Assembly: GCA_964619725.1 (NCBI GenBank)
Contig: CAZUFC010000118.1
Location: forward strand, 1-24,413
Direction of reading: 5' to 3'
Length of the DNA: 24,413 bases
Origin: an uncultured bacterium
GTDB lineage: Bacteria > CSSED10-310 > CAZUFC01
Part shown: in pieces, positions 16,378-24,413 of the stretch
Numbering within the stretch: position 1 is the first letter of the stretch
Layout: the number at the start of each line of letters is the position of its first letter
Translations under genes and position numbers: made by a program
The notes under the pieces: model-generated
Database searches by the model: none
Told to the model about the DNA's origin: nothing
Seen by the model: the letters and a program-made list of their open reading frames with translations, nothing else

Positions 16378-19300
16378 TTAATGGAAAACTATTTCGGGCC
16401 AGAGGTCGCTGGAAGCGCCCTGAACATCGAAAGCTTTAAGCTGTAAGAGGTGCCTTCCTTCAACAAGAGCGTTACCGATTCCGACAGCGCCGGTCAGCGA
16501 ATAGAGATATTCATAGGGGGACAGTTTTTGCATTAAAGTCAGAGATGCGCCGGTCGGTTCGTTATTGACGTATAATTCAACTCGGTCGAGCTGATTTTTT
16601 GAATAAACGAGGGCCGTCAGATTGAACTTTCCGCCGCTGAAGGTATTGATGTCGGAATCCATATAACCGGCAGCGGTAATGAAGGGGATATCGGGAAGAC
16701 CGACGTCCGTAAAAGAGGCGCTGAAGACGTTATTCCAGAAAAGGTTGAGGGAGTCGGATATCTTTTGTCGTTCCCTGTAAGCTGTTTGCTGATCCGATGG
16801 GCAGGAGGATTCCGGAGCTTTGATGTGGAAAAACGGCCACATATCGCTTTTATTGCCGTTTTTATCTCTGGCTTCCAGTTCAAAAGCCAACCGGTATTCT
16901 TCAGGGGCCGAAAAAGCGGGTATGCCTCCTTTGGTTTCATAATATCCGTCTGAAACTTTTCCCAGGTAGACGTTGCTGGGTTGGCCGTTGTAGAGTATTT
17001 CGACTTCCTGAATATCGTTCGGTCCATCCGGATCGGTAACGGCGGCCATCATGGTAAAAAGACCGCCTGACTGTGCTGTAAGATACGTGGAGCCGAACCC
17101 TGCCGCCCAAACGACAGGCCCGTTATTCTCAGGAGGTTCAAAGGTGCAGTTTGGTTTTCCTGCTGAATGGATTCCGGAGTAACGCGTTTTACAGGGCGAT
17201 GCAATCCATCGTTGATTATTTCTATCGGTACCGACTCTGGCTATGGAGCGGTTTTCCAGCTTCAGCCCAGACCCGCGATATTCGTCGATAAGAGATACGC
17301 CGCTATATCCGAAGAGTTTTATGGGGAGGAAATGTTCCAGACCTCTGTGGAACATTCCGCTTTCCGTCATCAGGAGCGGCGTATCCGGGCAGATTGTATC
17401 GTCGTATTGTCCGTCGTAATTTTGTTCCAGGATGAGAGCCGTTTCTCCGGGTTGAATGACAGCGTCAATCGTACCCGGGAATAAAACCAGGGATTGTTTT
17501 TGGGCTCCAGGACCGCCGCCGATTTGCAGACGCAGACTTGTAAGGAAAGCCGGGTTGTCTCCGGCATTTATCAATTCGACGAATTCTCCGGTAAAATCGT
17601 TTTCAGGATCGCACATAATTTCATTGATTCTCAATCCCATAGGTATTTCGGGTATAATGGTCGGCGTGCCTGACGGGGTTACAGAGCCGGAAGGGGTGGG
17701 CGGCGGGGTATGTGTATAGGGCGAGCCGGTTGAAGTAGGCGTGGGTGTCCATGTCGGCGTATTCGTTGCCGGTCCTGTAGTTGTGGGGGTTGGGGTTAAA
17801 GTAGGCGTAAGGGTAGGAATTGTGGGCGTAATGGTGGGAGTCGTCGTGACCGTGGGCGTATTGGTAAACGGAGTTGAGCAGTTCGTTTCGCCGATAGAGG
17901 GGAAACATTCTTCCCAGTCAGCCGGATCGTCGTTGTCATCGCCGTCGGGATTGAGGTTGATCGAATTTCCTTCTTCGGCATCCGCAGCGAAATCGCCTTC
18001 CGTCCATATTCCGGCTTCATCCGCCAGGTCCTCGCCCCATTGTCCTGCGGCGCCCCACTGCACGAAATCGATGATCGTATCGGCCGTGTGGGAATTGCTG
18101 TTGAAAAGACTGGCTGAACCGTCGGTGTTGCCCATGCCTCCCGATTCGACGATCAGAACCAGGAACTCGCCGGGCTGTATGATCGTGCCGTCCGGGATGT
18201 AAATATAAGGATCATCCTCGGGGCGTGCGCTGTATTCGGAAACGTCAACCGGGAAGATGCAGGGGTTGAAAAGTTCTATTCTTTCGTTCCCCGTGTCCGT
18301 GCCTTCGGGATCGTAGAGGACCTCGTTAATCACGATGTCGCAGTCGGGCGGTACAGTGTCTGTCGGAGAGGGGGGCAGCGTCGGCGTGTTCGTAGGACCT
18401 GTCGGAGTGTTTGTGGGAGTGTACGTCGGACCTGTCGGGGTAGGGCTGGGCGTATTCGTGGGAGTCATCGTGGGCGCAGGAGTTCCCGTTGAACAATTGG
18501 AGCCTCCGATGGAGGGGAAACATTCCTCCCAGTCAGCCGGATCGTCGTTGTCGTCGCCGTCGGGATTGAGGTTGATCGAATTTCCTTCTTCGGCATCCGC
18601 AGCGAAATCGCCTTCCGTCCATATCCCGGCTTCAGTCGCCAGGGCCTCGCCCCATTGTCCTGCGTCGCCCCACTGCACGAAATCGATGATCGTATCGGCC
18701 GTGTGGGAATCGCTGTTGAAAAGACTGGCTGAACCGTCGGTGTTGCCCATGCCGCCCGATTCGACGATCAGAACCAGGAACTCGCCGGGCTGTATGATCG
18801 TGCCGTCCGGGATGTAAATATAAGGATCATCCTCGGGGCGTGCGCTGTATTCGGAAACGTCAACCGGGAAGATGCAGGGGTTGAAAAGTTCTATTCTTTC
18901 GTTCCCGGTGTCTGTGCCTTCGGGATCGTAGAGGACTTCGTTAATCACGATGTCGCAGTCAAGCGGGACCGTGCCTGTCGGAGAGGGGGTCAGCGTCGGC
19001 GTGTTCGTCGGCCCTGTCGGAGTGTATGTGGGAGTGTTCGTAGGACTTGTCGGGGTAGGGCTTGGCGTATTGGTAGGGGTCATCGTGGGCGCAGGAGTTC
19101 CTGTCGAACAATTGGAGCCTCCGATGGAGGGGAAACATTCTTCCCAGTCAGCCGGATCGTCGTTGTCGTCGCCGTCGGGATTGAGGTTGATCGAATTTCC
19201 TTCTTCGGCATCCGCAGCGAAATCGCCTTCCGTCCATATTCCGGCTTCAGTCGCCAGGTCCTCGCCCCATTGTCCTGCAGCGCCCCACTGCACGAAATCG

Positions 19301-20946
19301 ATGATCGTATCGGCCGTGTGGGAGTCGCTGTCGAAAAGGCTGACCGAACCGTCGGTGTTGCCCATGCCGCCCGATTCGACCGTAACGGTCAGGAATTCGG
19401 AAGGAGCGAGAATCGTGCCGTCTTCAATGTATATATAAGGTTCGTCCTCCGGGCGCAAACTGTATTCGGATATGTCGATGGAAAAGGCGCACGGATTGTA
19501 GATTTCAATATATTCCCCTGCGGTATCGGGACCTTCGGGATCGTATAAAACTTCATTGATCGTTACGTTGCATGGCAGGGGGCTGCCTGTAGGGGTAGGA
19601 GTGGGGACAATCGTCGGCGTGTCTGTGGGTGTCTCTTCAGGCGTATCGGTAGGTGTGTTTGTGGGCGTTCCCGGACCTTCTGTATTGGTGGGCGTGGGAG
19701 TGTTGGTAGGGGACGGCGGCGAAGTCGGCGTATCGGTCGGAGTTGTGGCGCAGTTGGCGCTTCCGATGGAGGGAAAACATTCTTCCCAGTCAGCCGGATC
19801 GTCGTTGTCGTCGCCGTCGGGATTGAGGTTGATCGAGTTTCCTTCTTCGGCATCCGCAACGAAATCGTTAAGCGTCCATATACCCGCTTCATTTGCGAAA
19901 TCTTCGCCCCATTGTCCTCCGGCGCCCCACTGCACGAAATCGATGATCGTATCGGCCGTGTGGGAATCGCTGTCGAAAAGGCTAACCGAACCGTCGGAGT
20001 TGCCCATGCCGCCCGATTCGACCGTAACGGTCAGGAATTCGGAAGGAGCGAGAATCGTGCCGTCTTCAATGTATATGTAAGGTTCGTCCTCTGGGCGCAA
20101 ACTGTATTCGGATATGTCGATGGAAAAGGCGCACGGATTAAAAAGTTCGATATATTCTCCTGCCGTATCCGGCCCTTCCGGATCGTACAAGACTTCGTTG
20201 ATCGCCACATTGCAGGGCAGGGGACTGCCCGTCGGCCCCGGCGTCGGCGATTCCGCGAAAGCGGTCGGCGTATCGGTAGGGTCCGGAACGTCCGTTGAGA
20301 AAGGAGTCGGCGTGACAGTAACGTCAGAACATTCGTTTTCGCCGCCCGCAGTCGTAATGGTCAATTCCTGCCAGTCGGCCGACGAATCGTTGTCAGCGCC
20401 ATTGGGACACAAACCTATCGAAGAACCTTCCGTAACGTCAGGCACATAATCACCCTCTGTCCATATGCCCGCCCCTACAGCCGTCGATTCCCAACTCTCT
20501 CCTCCCGCGCCGTACTGAACGAAATCAACGATCGTTCCCGTCGAATGCGTCGTCGAATTAAACAGTACGATCGAATCGTGAGTGTTGCCCATGTTGCTTG
20601 TCGGACCCGTATATAAATCGGTCGCAGTGTCTTCACCTTCCGCGTTGTTGTGGACCACGACATAGGAGCCGGAAGTCAAAAGAAAATCACCGAAAGTATA
20701 AAAACCTCCGGAGCCGCAACGAAGATCATAATCCTGCAGATTGACGGAATAAATAGAAGTATTCACGATCTCAATCCATTCCAATCCCGTATCGACGCCT
20801 TCGGGATCATAAAGCGCTTCGTTTATGATAATTCCCGTTCGTTGGGCGTTTGCTGATGATGCATTCATCAATACGGTCAAAAACAAAATTGCGTAGACTG
20901 AAAATGCGTATTTCAATCGGCGATTGACCACCGCTTGTTTTTTCAT
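16378..20946 (-). CDS. Large secreted protein (~1522 aa): signal peptide, six lamin-tail-like domains (LTD) separated by Pro/Thr linkers, two tandem C-terminal modules
   Basis: True start is probably ATG 20946 (SD GGAGGA 20959-20954; MKKQ...LFLTVLMNASSANA|Q). The INE(V/A/I)(L/M)xDP...E(Y/W/R/F)(I/V)E(L/I) motif occurs six times. Confidence 0.85.
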   Translation of the reverse strand: MKKQAVVNRRLKYAFSVYAILFLTVLMNASSANAQRTGIIINEALYDPEGVDTGLEWIEIVNTSIYSVNLQDYDLRCGSGGFYTFGDFLLTSGSYVVVHNNAEGEDTATDLYTGPTSNMGNTHDSIVLFNSTTHSTGTIVDFVQYGAGGESWESTAVGAGIWTEGDYVPDVTEGSSIGLCPNGADNDSSADWQELTITTAGGENECSDVTVTPTPFSTDVPDPTDTPTAFAESPTPGPTGSPLPCNVAINEVLYDPEGPDTAGEYIELFNPCAFSIDISEYSLRPEDEPYIYIEDGTILAPSEFLTVTVESGGMGNSDGSVSLFDSDSHTADTIIDFVQWGAGGQWGEDFANEAGIWTLNDFVADAEEGNSINLNPDGDDNDDPADWEECFPSIGSANCATTPTDTPTSPPSPTNTPTPTNTEGPGTPTNTPTDTPEETPTDTPTIVPTPTPTGSPLPCNVTINEVLYDPEGPDTAGEYIEIYNPCAFSIDISEYSLRPEDEPYIYIEDGTILAPSEFLTVTVESGGMGNTDGSVSLFDSDSHTADTIIDFVQWGAAGQWGEDLATEAGIWTEGDFAADAEEGNSINLNPDGDDNDDPADWEECFPSIGGSNCSTGTPAPTMTPTNTPSPTPTSPTNTPTYTPTGPTNTPTLTPSPTGTVPLDCDIVINEVLYDPEGTDTGNERIELFNPCIFPVDVSEYSARPEDDPYIYIPDGTIIQPGEFLVLIVESGGMGNTDGSASLFNSDSHTADTIIDFVQWGDAGQWGEALATEAGIWTEGDFAADAEEGNSINLNPDGDDNDDPADWEECFPSIGGSNCSTGTPAPTMTPTNTPSPTPTGPTYTPTNTPTGPTNTPTLPPSPTDTVPPDCDIVINEVLYDPEGTDTGNERIELFNPCIFPVDVSEYSARPEDDPYIYIPDGTIIQPGEFLVLIVESGGMGNTDGSASLFNSNSHTADTIIDFVQWGAAGQWGEDLADEAGIWTEGDFAADAEEGNSINLNPDGDDNDDPADWEECFPSIGETNCSTPFTNTPTVTTTPTITPTIPTLTPTLTPTPTTTGPATNTPTWTPTPTSTGSPYTHTPPPTPSGSVTPSGTPTIIPEIPMGLRINEIMCDPENDFTGEFVELINAGDNPAFLTSLRLQIGGGPGAQKQSLVLFPGTIDAVIQPGETALILEQNYDGQYDDTICPDTPLLMTESGMFHRGLEHFLPIKLFGYSGVSLIDEYRGSGLKLENRSIARVGTDRNNQRWIASPCKTRYSGIHSAGKPNCTFEPPENNGPVVWAAGFGSTYLTAQSGGLFTMMAAVTDPDGPNDIQEVEILYNGQPSNVYLGKVSDGYYETKGGIPAFSAPEEYRLAFELEARDKNGNKSDMWPFFHIKAPESSCPSDQQTAYRERQKISDSLNLFWNNVFSASFTDVGLPDIPFITAAGYMDSDINTFSGGKFNLTALVYSKNQLDRVELYVNNEPTGASLTLMQKLSPYEYLYSLTGAVGIGNALVEGRHLLQLKAFDVQGASSDLWPEIVFH
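17878..20215 (-). repeat. Four highly similar intragenic domain repeats (LTD2-5)
   Basis: Anchor TGCACGAAATCGATGATCGTATCGGCC at 18059, 18674, 19289 and 19931; spacings 615, 615 and 642 bp. Confidence 0.95.
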
Positions 20947-20970
20947 TACCGTCTCCTCCCGGAATATTAG

Positions 20971-20999
20971 AGTATATCCTTCCTTCTGTTTGTTACCAA
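20971..20999 (-). promoter_or_regulatory. Candidate promoter for the giant LTD protein gene
   Basis: TTGGTA (20999-20994), 17-bp spacer, TATACT (20976-20971). A second TTGACA at 21018-21013 has a weaker -10. Confidence 0.45.
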
Positions 21000-21320
21000 T
21001 ATGAGTGCAATTTGTCAAATAAAACAGAGGTCGAAATCGCCGGCTGTTTTCTGCCTGCCTGACTCGCCGCTCCTGAACGTCCCGGCATGCCGAGTTAAAA
21101 AGTAAATGGCCAGGATCAAAATATTCTGGTTTCTGGAAGCGGTTATCCGGCTTTCGGCAATCACGGAACAAACATATCAACGCGGACAACAGAAGCAGAG
21201 ATGACTGGAAAATTTAATGCCCATAATCCCCATTTGAATCGAACTTTAATAAAAATTATGGCATTGTTCAAAAGTGCGTCTTTTGAGGTTACAATCCGAA
21301 AGAGTATCTCATCATTTTGT

Positions 21321-21356
21321 TTCGATTTCGATACCGCCCCTGATACCGATACCGAT
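21321..21356. repeat. Short degenerate CGAT(A/T) hexamer array
   Basis: TTCGAT TTCGAT ACCGCC CCTGAT ACCGAT ACCGAT; 6-bp periodicity in intergenic DNA. Confidence 0.5.
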
Positions 21357-21459
21357 TACTGAAACAAACTGTAAAAAGTTATGGAAGCAGTGTAACCCCG
21401 GCGTGATCAGTCTTTTATCACCCGTCCTGCAATGATATCAGGTGAAGTCAAATTCCTTG

Positions 21460-21487
21460 TTGCAGATTAAAAATATCTGAATATAAT
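21460..21487 (+). promoter_or_regulatory. Candidate promoter upstream of nnr
   Basis: TTGCAG (21460-21465), 16-bp spacer, TATAAT (21482-21487). Confidence 0.45.
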
Positions 21488-21621
21488 TGACAGGGAGTAA
21501 ACAATGAGAAGTTTACTGGACTTTGAAATTTTAATATTTTCTTTTTGGGTTTGTTTTTTGATGCAGGAGCAGGTAAAAGTCCTTCATTTACATCATCATC
21601 AGCAGCATGAGTGAGGTTCAG

Positions 21622-23208
21622 ATGAAAGTAGTCAGTGTAAGACAAATGCAAGAACTGGACAAGAAGACTATTCAGCAAATCGGAGTGCCGGGAATCGTTT
21701 TAATGGAAAATGCTGGACGTGCGATGGTCCGGGAGATGAAGGCGCGCATTTCCTGGCTGAAGCAGTCCAGGGTCCTGGTATGTTGCGGAAAGGGTAATAA
21801 CGGGGGAGACGGTTTTGTCATAGCGAGACATCTGTATAATCAGGGAATCCCTGTGAGCGCAATTTTATTGACGAAGAAGAATTCTTTGTCGGGTGATGCC
21901 CGGATCAATGCGGACATTTGGCGTCAGATGGGCGGTACGACGACGGAAATATTAAACAAAAAGGATATAAATCGATTTGAAAACATATTGAAAGATGTAG
22001 ATATTGTCGTAGATGCTTTATTCGGTACAGGTTTAAAGAGCGCACCCCGGGGCATATTCGCTGAAGTGATTGAACGGATCAACAAGCGAAATAAGTATGT
22101 CGCTGCAGTGGACATTCCTTCGGGCATACTGGCAGATTCGAGTCATTTTGCCGGTCCTGCCGTAAAGGCTAATTTTACGGTAACGTTCGGATTGCCGAAA
22201 ATCGGTCATGTAATTTATCCCGCAGCCGAATTCTGTGGGGATGTGATAGTTGCGGATATAAGTATTCCCGCTAATCTGACGGCATCGGCCTCCTGTCAGG
22301 CGGAGCTGATAGACGGAGCGGATTGCGCCGGTTTTTTAGCTCGACGTCAACCGGATTCTCACAAAGGCAATTATGGTCATTTGCTGATTCTGGCCGGGTC
22401 CCCTGGGAAAACAGGAGCGGCAGCCATGGCGGCGGAGGCTGCTCTTAGAATGGGTGTCGGACTGGTTACCGTAGGCGTTCCACAATCTATCAATGATTTA
22501 ATGGAAACAAAACTCACGGAAGCTATGACGCTTCCGCTGCCTCAGACCAGCCAGGGAACGCTGGCATATGAAAGTCGAGAGCATATATTGTCATTCGGCA
22601 ACAGAGTGACGGCTGCAGCTTTAGGTCCGGGATTGAGCCTTCATCCTGAAACGGTGCATCTGGTTCAGCGCTTGATCGGCGAGCTGGATATTCCCATCAT
22701 CATGGACGCTGATGCCGTATCAGCTTTTTCCAATAAACAGAACCTCTTGAACCGCAAATTAAAGAGTCCGCTCGCCATTACTCCGCATCCCGGGGAAATG
22801 GCCCGACTGCTCAACCTCTCCATCTCGGACATTCAGAAAGATCGTCTCGACATCAGCAAAAAAACGGCTAAGCGTTTGAATGTCTGGACCGTTTTGAAGG
22901 GTGCGCGAACGGTCGTCGCTTCCACAAACGGCAAATGCTGGATAAATACCAGCGGGAACCCAGGTATGGCCAAGGGAGGAATGGGCGATATTCTTACCGG
23001 TATGCTGGGCGCGCTTGCAGCACAGAACTTTAATTTTGAGGATGTATGCAAAACAGGGGTATTTCTGCATGGTCTGGCGGCAGACATAGCCGCGGAAACG
23101 CTCCCTCAAGCCTATTATACTGCTCAGGACCTGATCGATTTTCTTCCCGATGCTTTTGATTCCGTTACGGAAGAAAAAATAAGAATTCCACGAATAGAGT
23201 GGTCCTGA
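21622..23208 (+). CDS. nnr: Bifunctional NAD(P)H-hydrate epimerase/dehydratase (NnrE-NnrD, YjeF)
   Basis: LMENAG, GKGNNGGDG, DALFGTGL, AVDIPSG, DSHKGNYG, GPGL, DADA, TPHPGEMARL, GGMGDIL. Start ATG 21622 (SD GAGGT 21613-21617); ATG 21607 is the alternative. Confidence 0.97.
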   Translation: MKVVSVRQMQELDKKTIQQIGVPGIVLMENAGRAMVREMKARISWLKQSRVLVCCGKGNNGGDGFVIARHLYNQGIPVSAILLTKKNSLSGDARINADIWRQMGGTTTEILNKKDINRFENILKDVDIVVDALFGTGLKSAPRGIFAEVIERINKRNKYVAAVDIPSGILADSSHFAGPAVKANFTVTFGLPKIGHVIYPAAEFCGDVIVADISIPANLTASASCQAELIDGADCAGFLARRQPDSHKGNYGHLLILAGSPGKTGAAAMAAEAALRMGVGLVTVGVPQSINDLMETKLTEAMTLPLPQTSQGTLAYESREHILSFGNRVTAAALGPGLSLHPETVHLVQRLIGELDIPIIMDADAVSAFSNKQNLLNRKLKSPLAITPHPGEMARLLNLSISDIQKDRLDISKKTAKRLNVWTVLKGARTVVASTNGKCWINTSGNPGMAKGGMGDILTGMLGALAAQNFNFEDVCKTGVFLHGLAADIAAETLPQAYYTAQDLIDFLPDAFDSVTEEKIRIPRIEWS

Positions 23209-23400
23209 GAAAGTATAAGTTTCGGCGGTTATCAAAACAGCCGGATTTTTGGACACGAAAATAAAGACTCCGCAAACACGCATCGCAAGCATTATCACGG
23301 AAAAGAGAGAAGCGATTCGCAAAAAATGTAACCCCTGTTTGATCAATCCCTGATTTTCAAAGGACCACGGTCATTCGGAAAAGGCGAGAAGGATTTGTCA

Positions 23401-24363
23401 GTGACGACCCCAAAAAGATCAGAATCTTTGGGAGTAGGTTTCGTTCTCGAGGAAATATACTACCGTCATTTGCTTTCTTCTTTGCATCCGGAGTCCCCTC
23501 AACGGCTGGCCGCAGTAGAAGGGGGGTTGAAAAAAAGCGGGTTAGCGGACGGAATGACGAAATTGACGCCGCTTCAATCGAACAAGTTGATCACTGAATA
23601 TGTTCTCAAGATACATTCCCAGGATCACATAAATTCCATTCGTTCCTGCAGGCAAACGAATGAAGCGGCGCCTGCAGCAGTCGCCGGCGTTTTAGGAGCA
23701 GTGGATGCTGTTTGTCAAGGATTGGTAAAGAACGCTTTTTGCGCGGTTCGTCCTCCGGGACATCATGCTCACAATAATACGGCGCATTACGACGGCGTAT
23801 GCCAGGGACAGGGATTCTGTTTCATCAACAATATCGCCGTCGCAGCACGATACGCTCAACAGGCCTGCGGCTGTCGGAACGTCCTCATAATAGACTGGGA
23901 CTATCATCATGGAAACGGCACCGAATGGAGCTTTTATGACGATCCTTCGGTCATGTTCTTTTCGACTCACGCACTTTACGCCTATCCCGGTACAGGTTAC
24001 CCGGACAGAGAAGGCCGGAATGACGGACAGGGATACAATCTGAATGTGCCGCTTTCCTGCGGAGCCGGCGACATAGAGTTGTTGGATGCCTGGGAAAACC
24101 AATTGATGCCCCGGTTGTCCGAACTGGACTTCAAACCGGATATCATTCTCATCTCGGCAGGTTTCGACAGCCGGAGAAACGATCCCATAGGCGATTTCGA
24201 CATCACCGACAAAGGATTCTTTCGAATTACTAAAGAAGCCTTACGGCTCGCCGATTCCTTCTGTAACGGCCGGCTCATATCTGTCCTGGAGGGAGGATAC
24301 AACCTTCAAGGACTCGCTTCAGCCGCAACCGCCCATGTGAAGGCTCTGGCAGGCATTCCTTAA
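23401..24363 (+). CDS. Zn-dependent histone deacetylase-family amidohydrolase
   Basis: HPESPQRL, RPPGHHA, GFC..NN, DWDYHHGNGT, SAGFD, LEGGY. GTG 23401 has SD AAGGA at 23389-23393; TTG 23395 is the alternative. Confidence 0.93.
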   Translation: MTTPKRSESLGVGFVLEEIYYRHLLSSLHPESPQRLAAVEGGLKKSGLADGMTKLTPLQSNKLITEYVLKIHSQDHINSIRSCRQTNEAAPAAVAGVLGAVDAVCQGLVKNAFCAVRPPGHHAHNNTAHYDGVCQGQGFCFINNIAVAARYAQQACGCRNVLIIDWDYHHGNGTEWSFYDDPSVMFFSTHALYAYPGTGYPDREGRNDGQGYNLNVPLSCGAGDIELLDAWENQLMPRLSELDFKPDIILISAGFDSRRNDPIGDFDITDKGFFRITKEALRLADSFCNGRLISVLEGGYNLQGLASAATAHVKALAGIP

Positions 24364-24413
24364 TTAGTGCCTGTCCATAAACTCGATTGTCGATTCAAAA
24401 TTTAATGCTGGAC

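Noticed and set aside
17878-20215. Diversity-generating retroelement template/variable repeat pair
   Set aside because: Differences between repeats are not visibly adenine-specific, all copies are in-frame coding domains, and there is no reverse transcriptase in the window.
17741-20449. Repeated plus-strand ORFs rich in VGVGV
   Set aside because: Antisense shadows of the Thr/Pro linkers and LTD repeats; no SD or independent features.
20947-21189. 81-aa N-terminal extension of the giant protein given by the ORF track (TTG 21189)
   Set aside because: The SD, promoter and signal peptide all point to ATG 20946; the extension covers promoter DNA and has no protein-like features.
21000-21300. Riboswitch (e.g. 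c-di-GMP) upstream of the giant surface protein
   Set aside because: I found no recognisable aptamer consensus or expression-platform terminator by eye, and the best promoter lies downstream of this region. An Rfam scan would be needed to exclude it fully.
22759-23346. 195-aa minus-strand ORF with a hydrophobic N-terminus
   Set aside because: Mostly antisense to nnr; no family resemblance or clear SD.

Overview
Bacterial chromosomal window from a probably diderm organism (it encodes an outer-membrane beta-barrel and a periplasmic-type lytic transglycosylase). The core is a minus-strand translation and RNA-processing cluster, rimP-nusA-infB-DUF503-rbfA-truB-rpsO-pnp, followed by a YycJ/WalJ-like metallo-beta-lactamase-fold gene (4321-13546). 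To its left are a non-coding segment (possible sRNA, strong terminator, GACCCC repeats), a secreted PPC-like/Pro-Thr-linker protein, a membrane-anchored TPR/coiled-coil protein and a beta-barrel protein. To its right are a TPR lytic transglycosylase, a ~1520-aa secreted protein with six lamin-tail-like domains and two copies of an unrecognised C-terminal module, then divergent nnr and a histone-deacetylase-family gene. The best leads are: two unrecognised C-terminal modules on Pro/Thr-linker secreted proteins (possible lineage-specific sorting or anchoring domains); a perfect sigma70 promoter plus a structured rpsO leader written inside the truB coding sequence; a candidate anti-Shine-Dalgarno sRNA; a probable non-canonical start codon for the transglycosylase; and a recent mosaic domain expansion in the giant protein. 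I saw no rRNA, tRNA, CRISPR array or intact transposase. All family calls are from motif recognition by eye, not from database searches.
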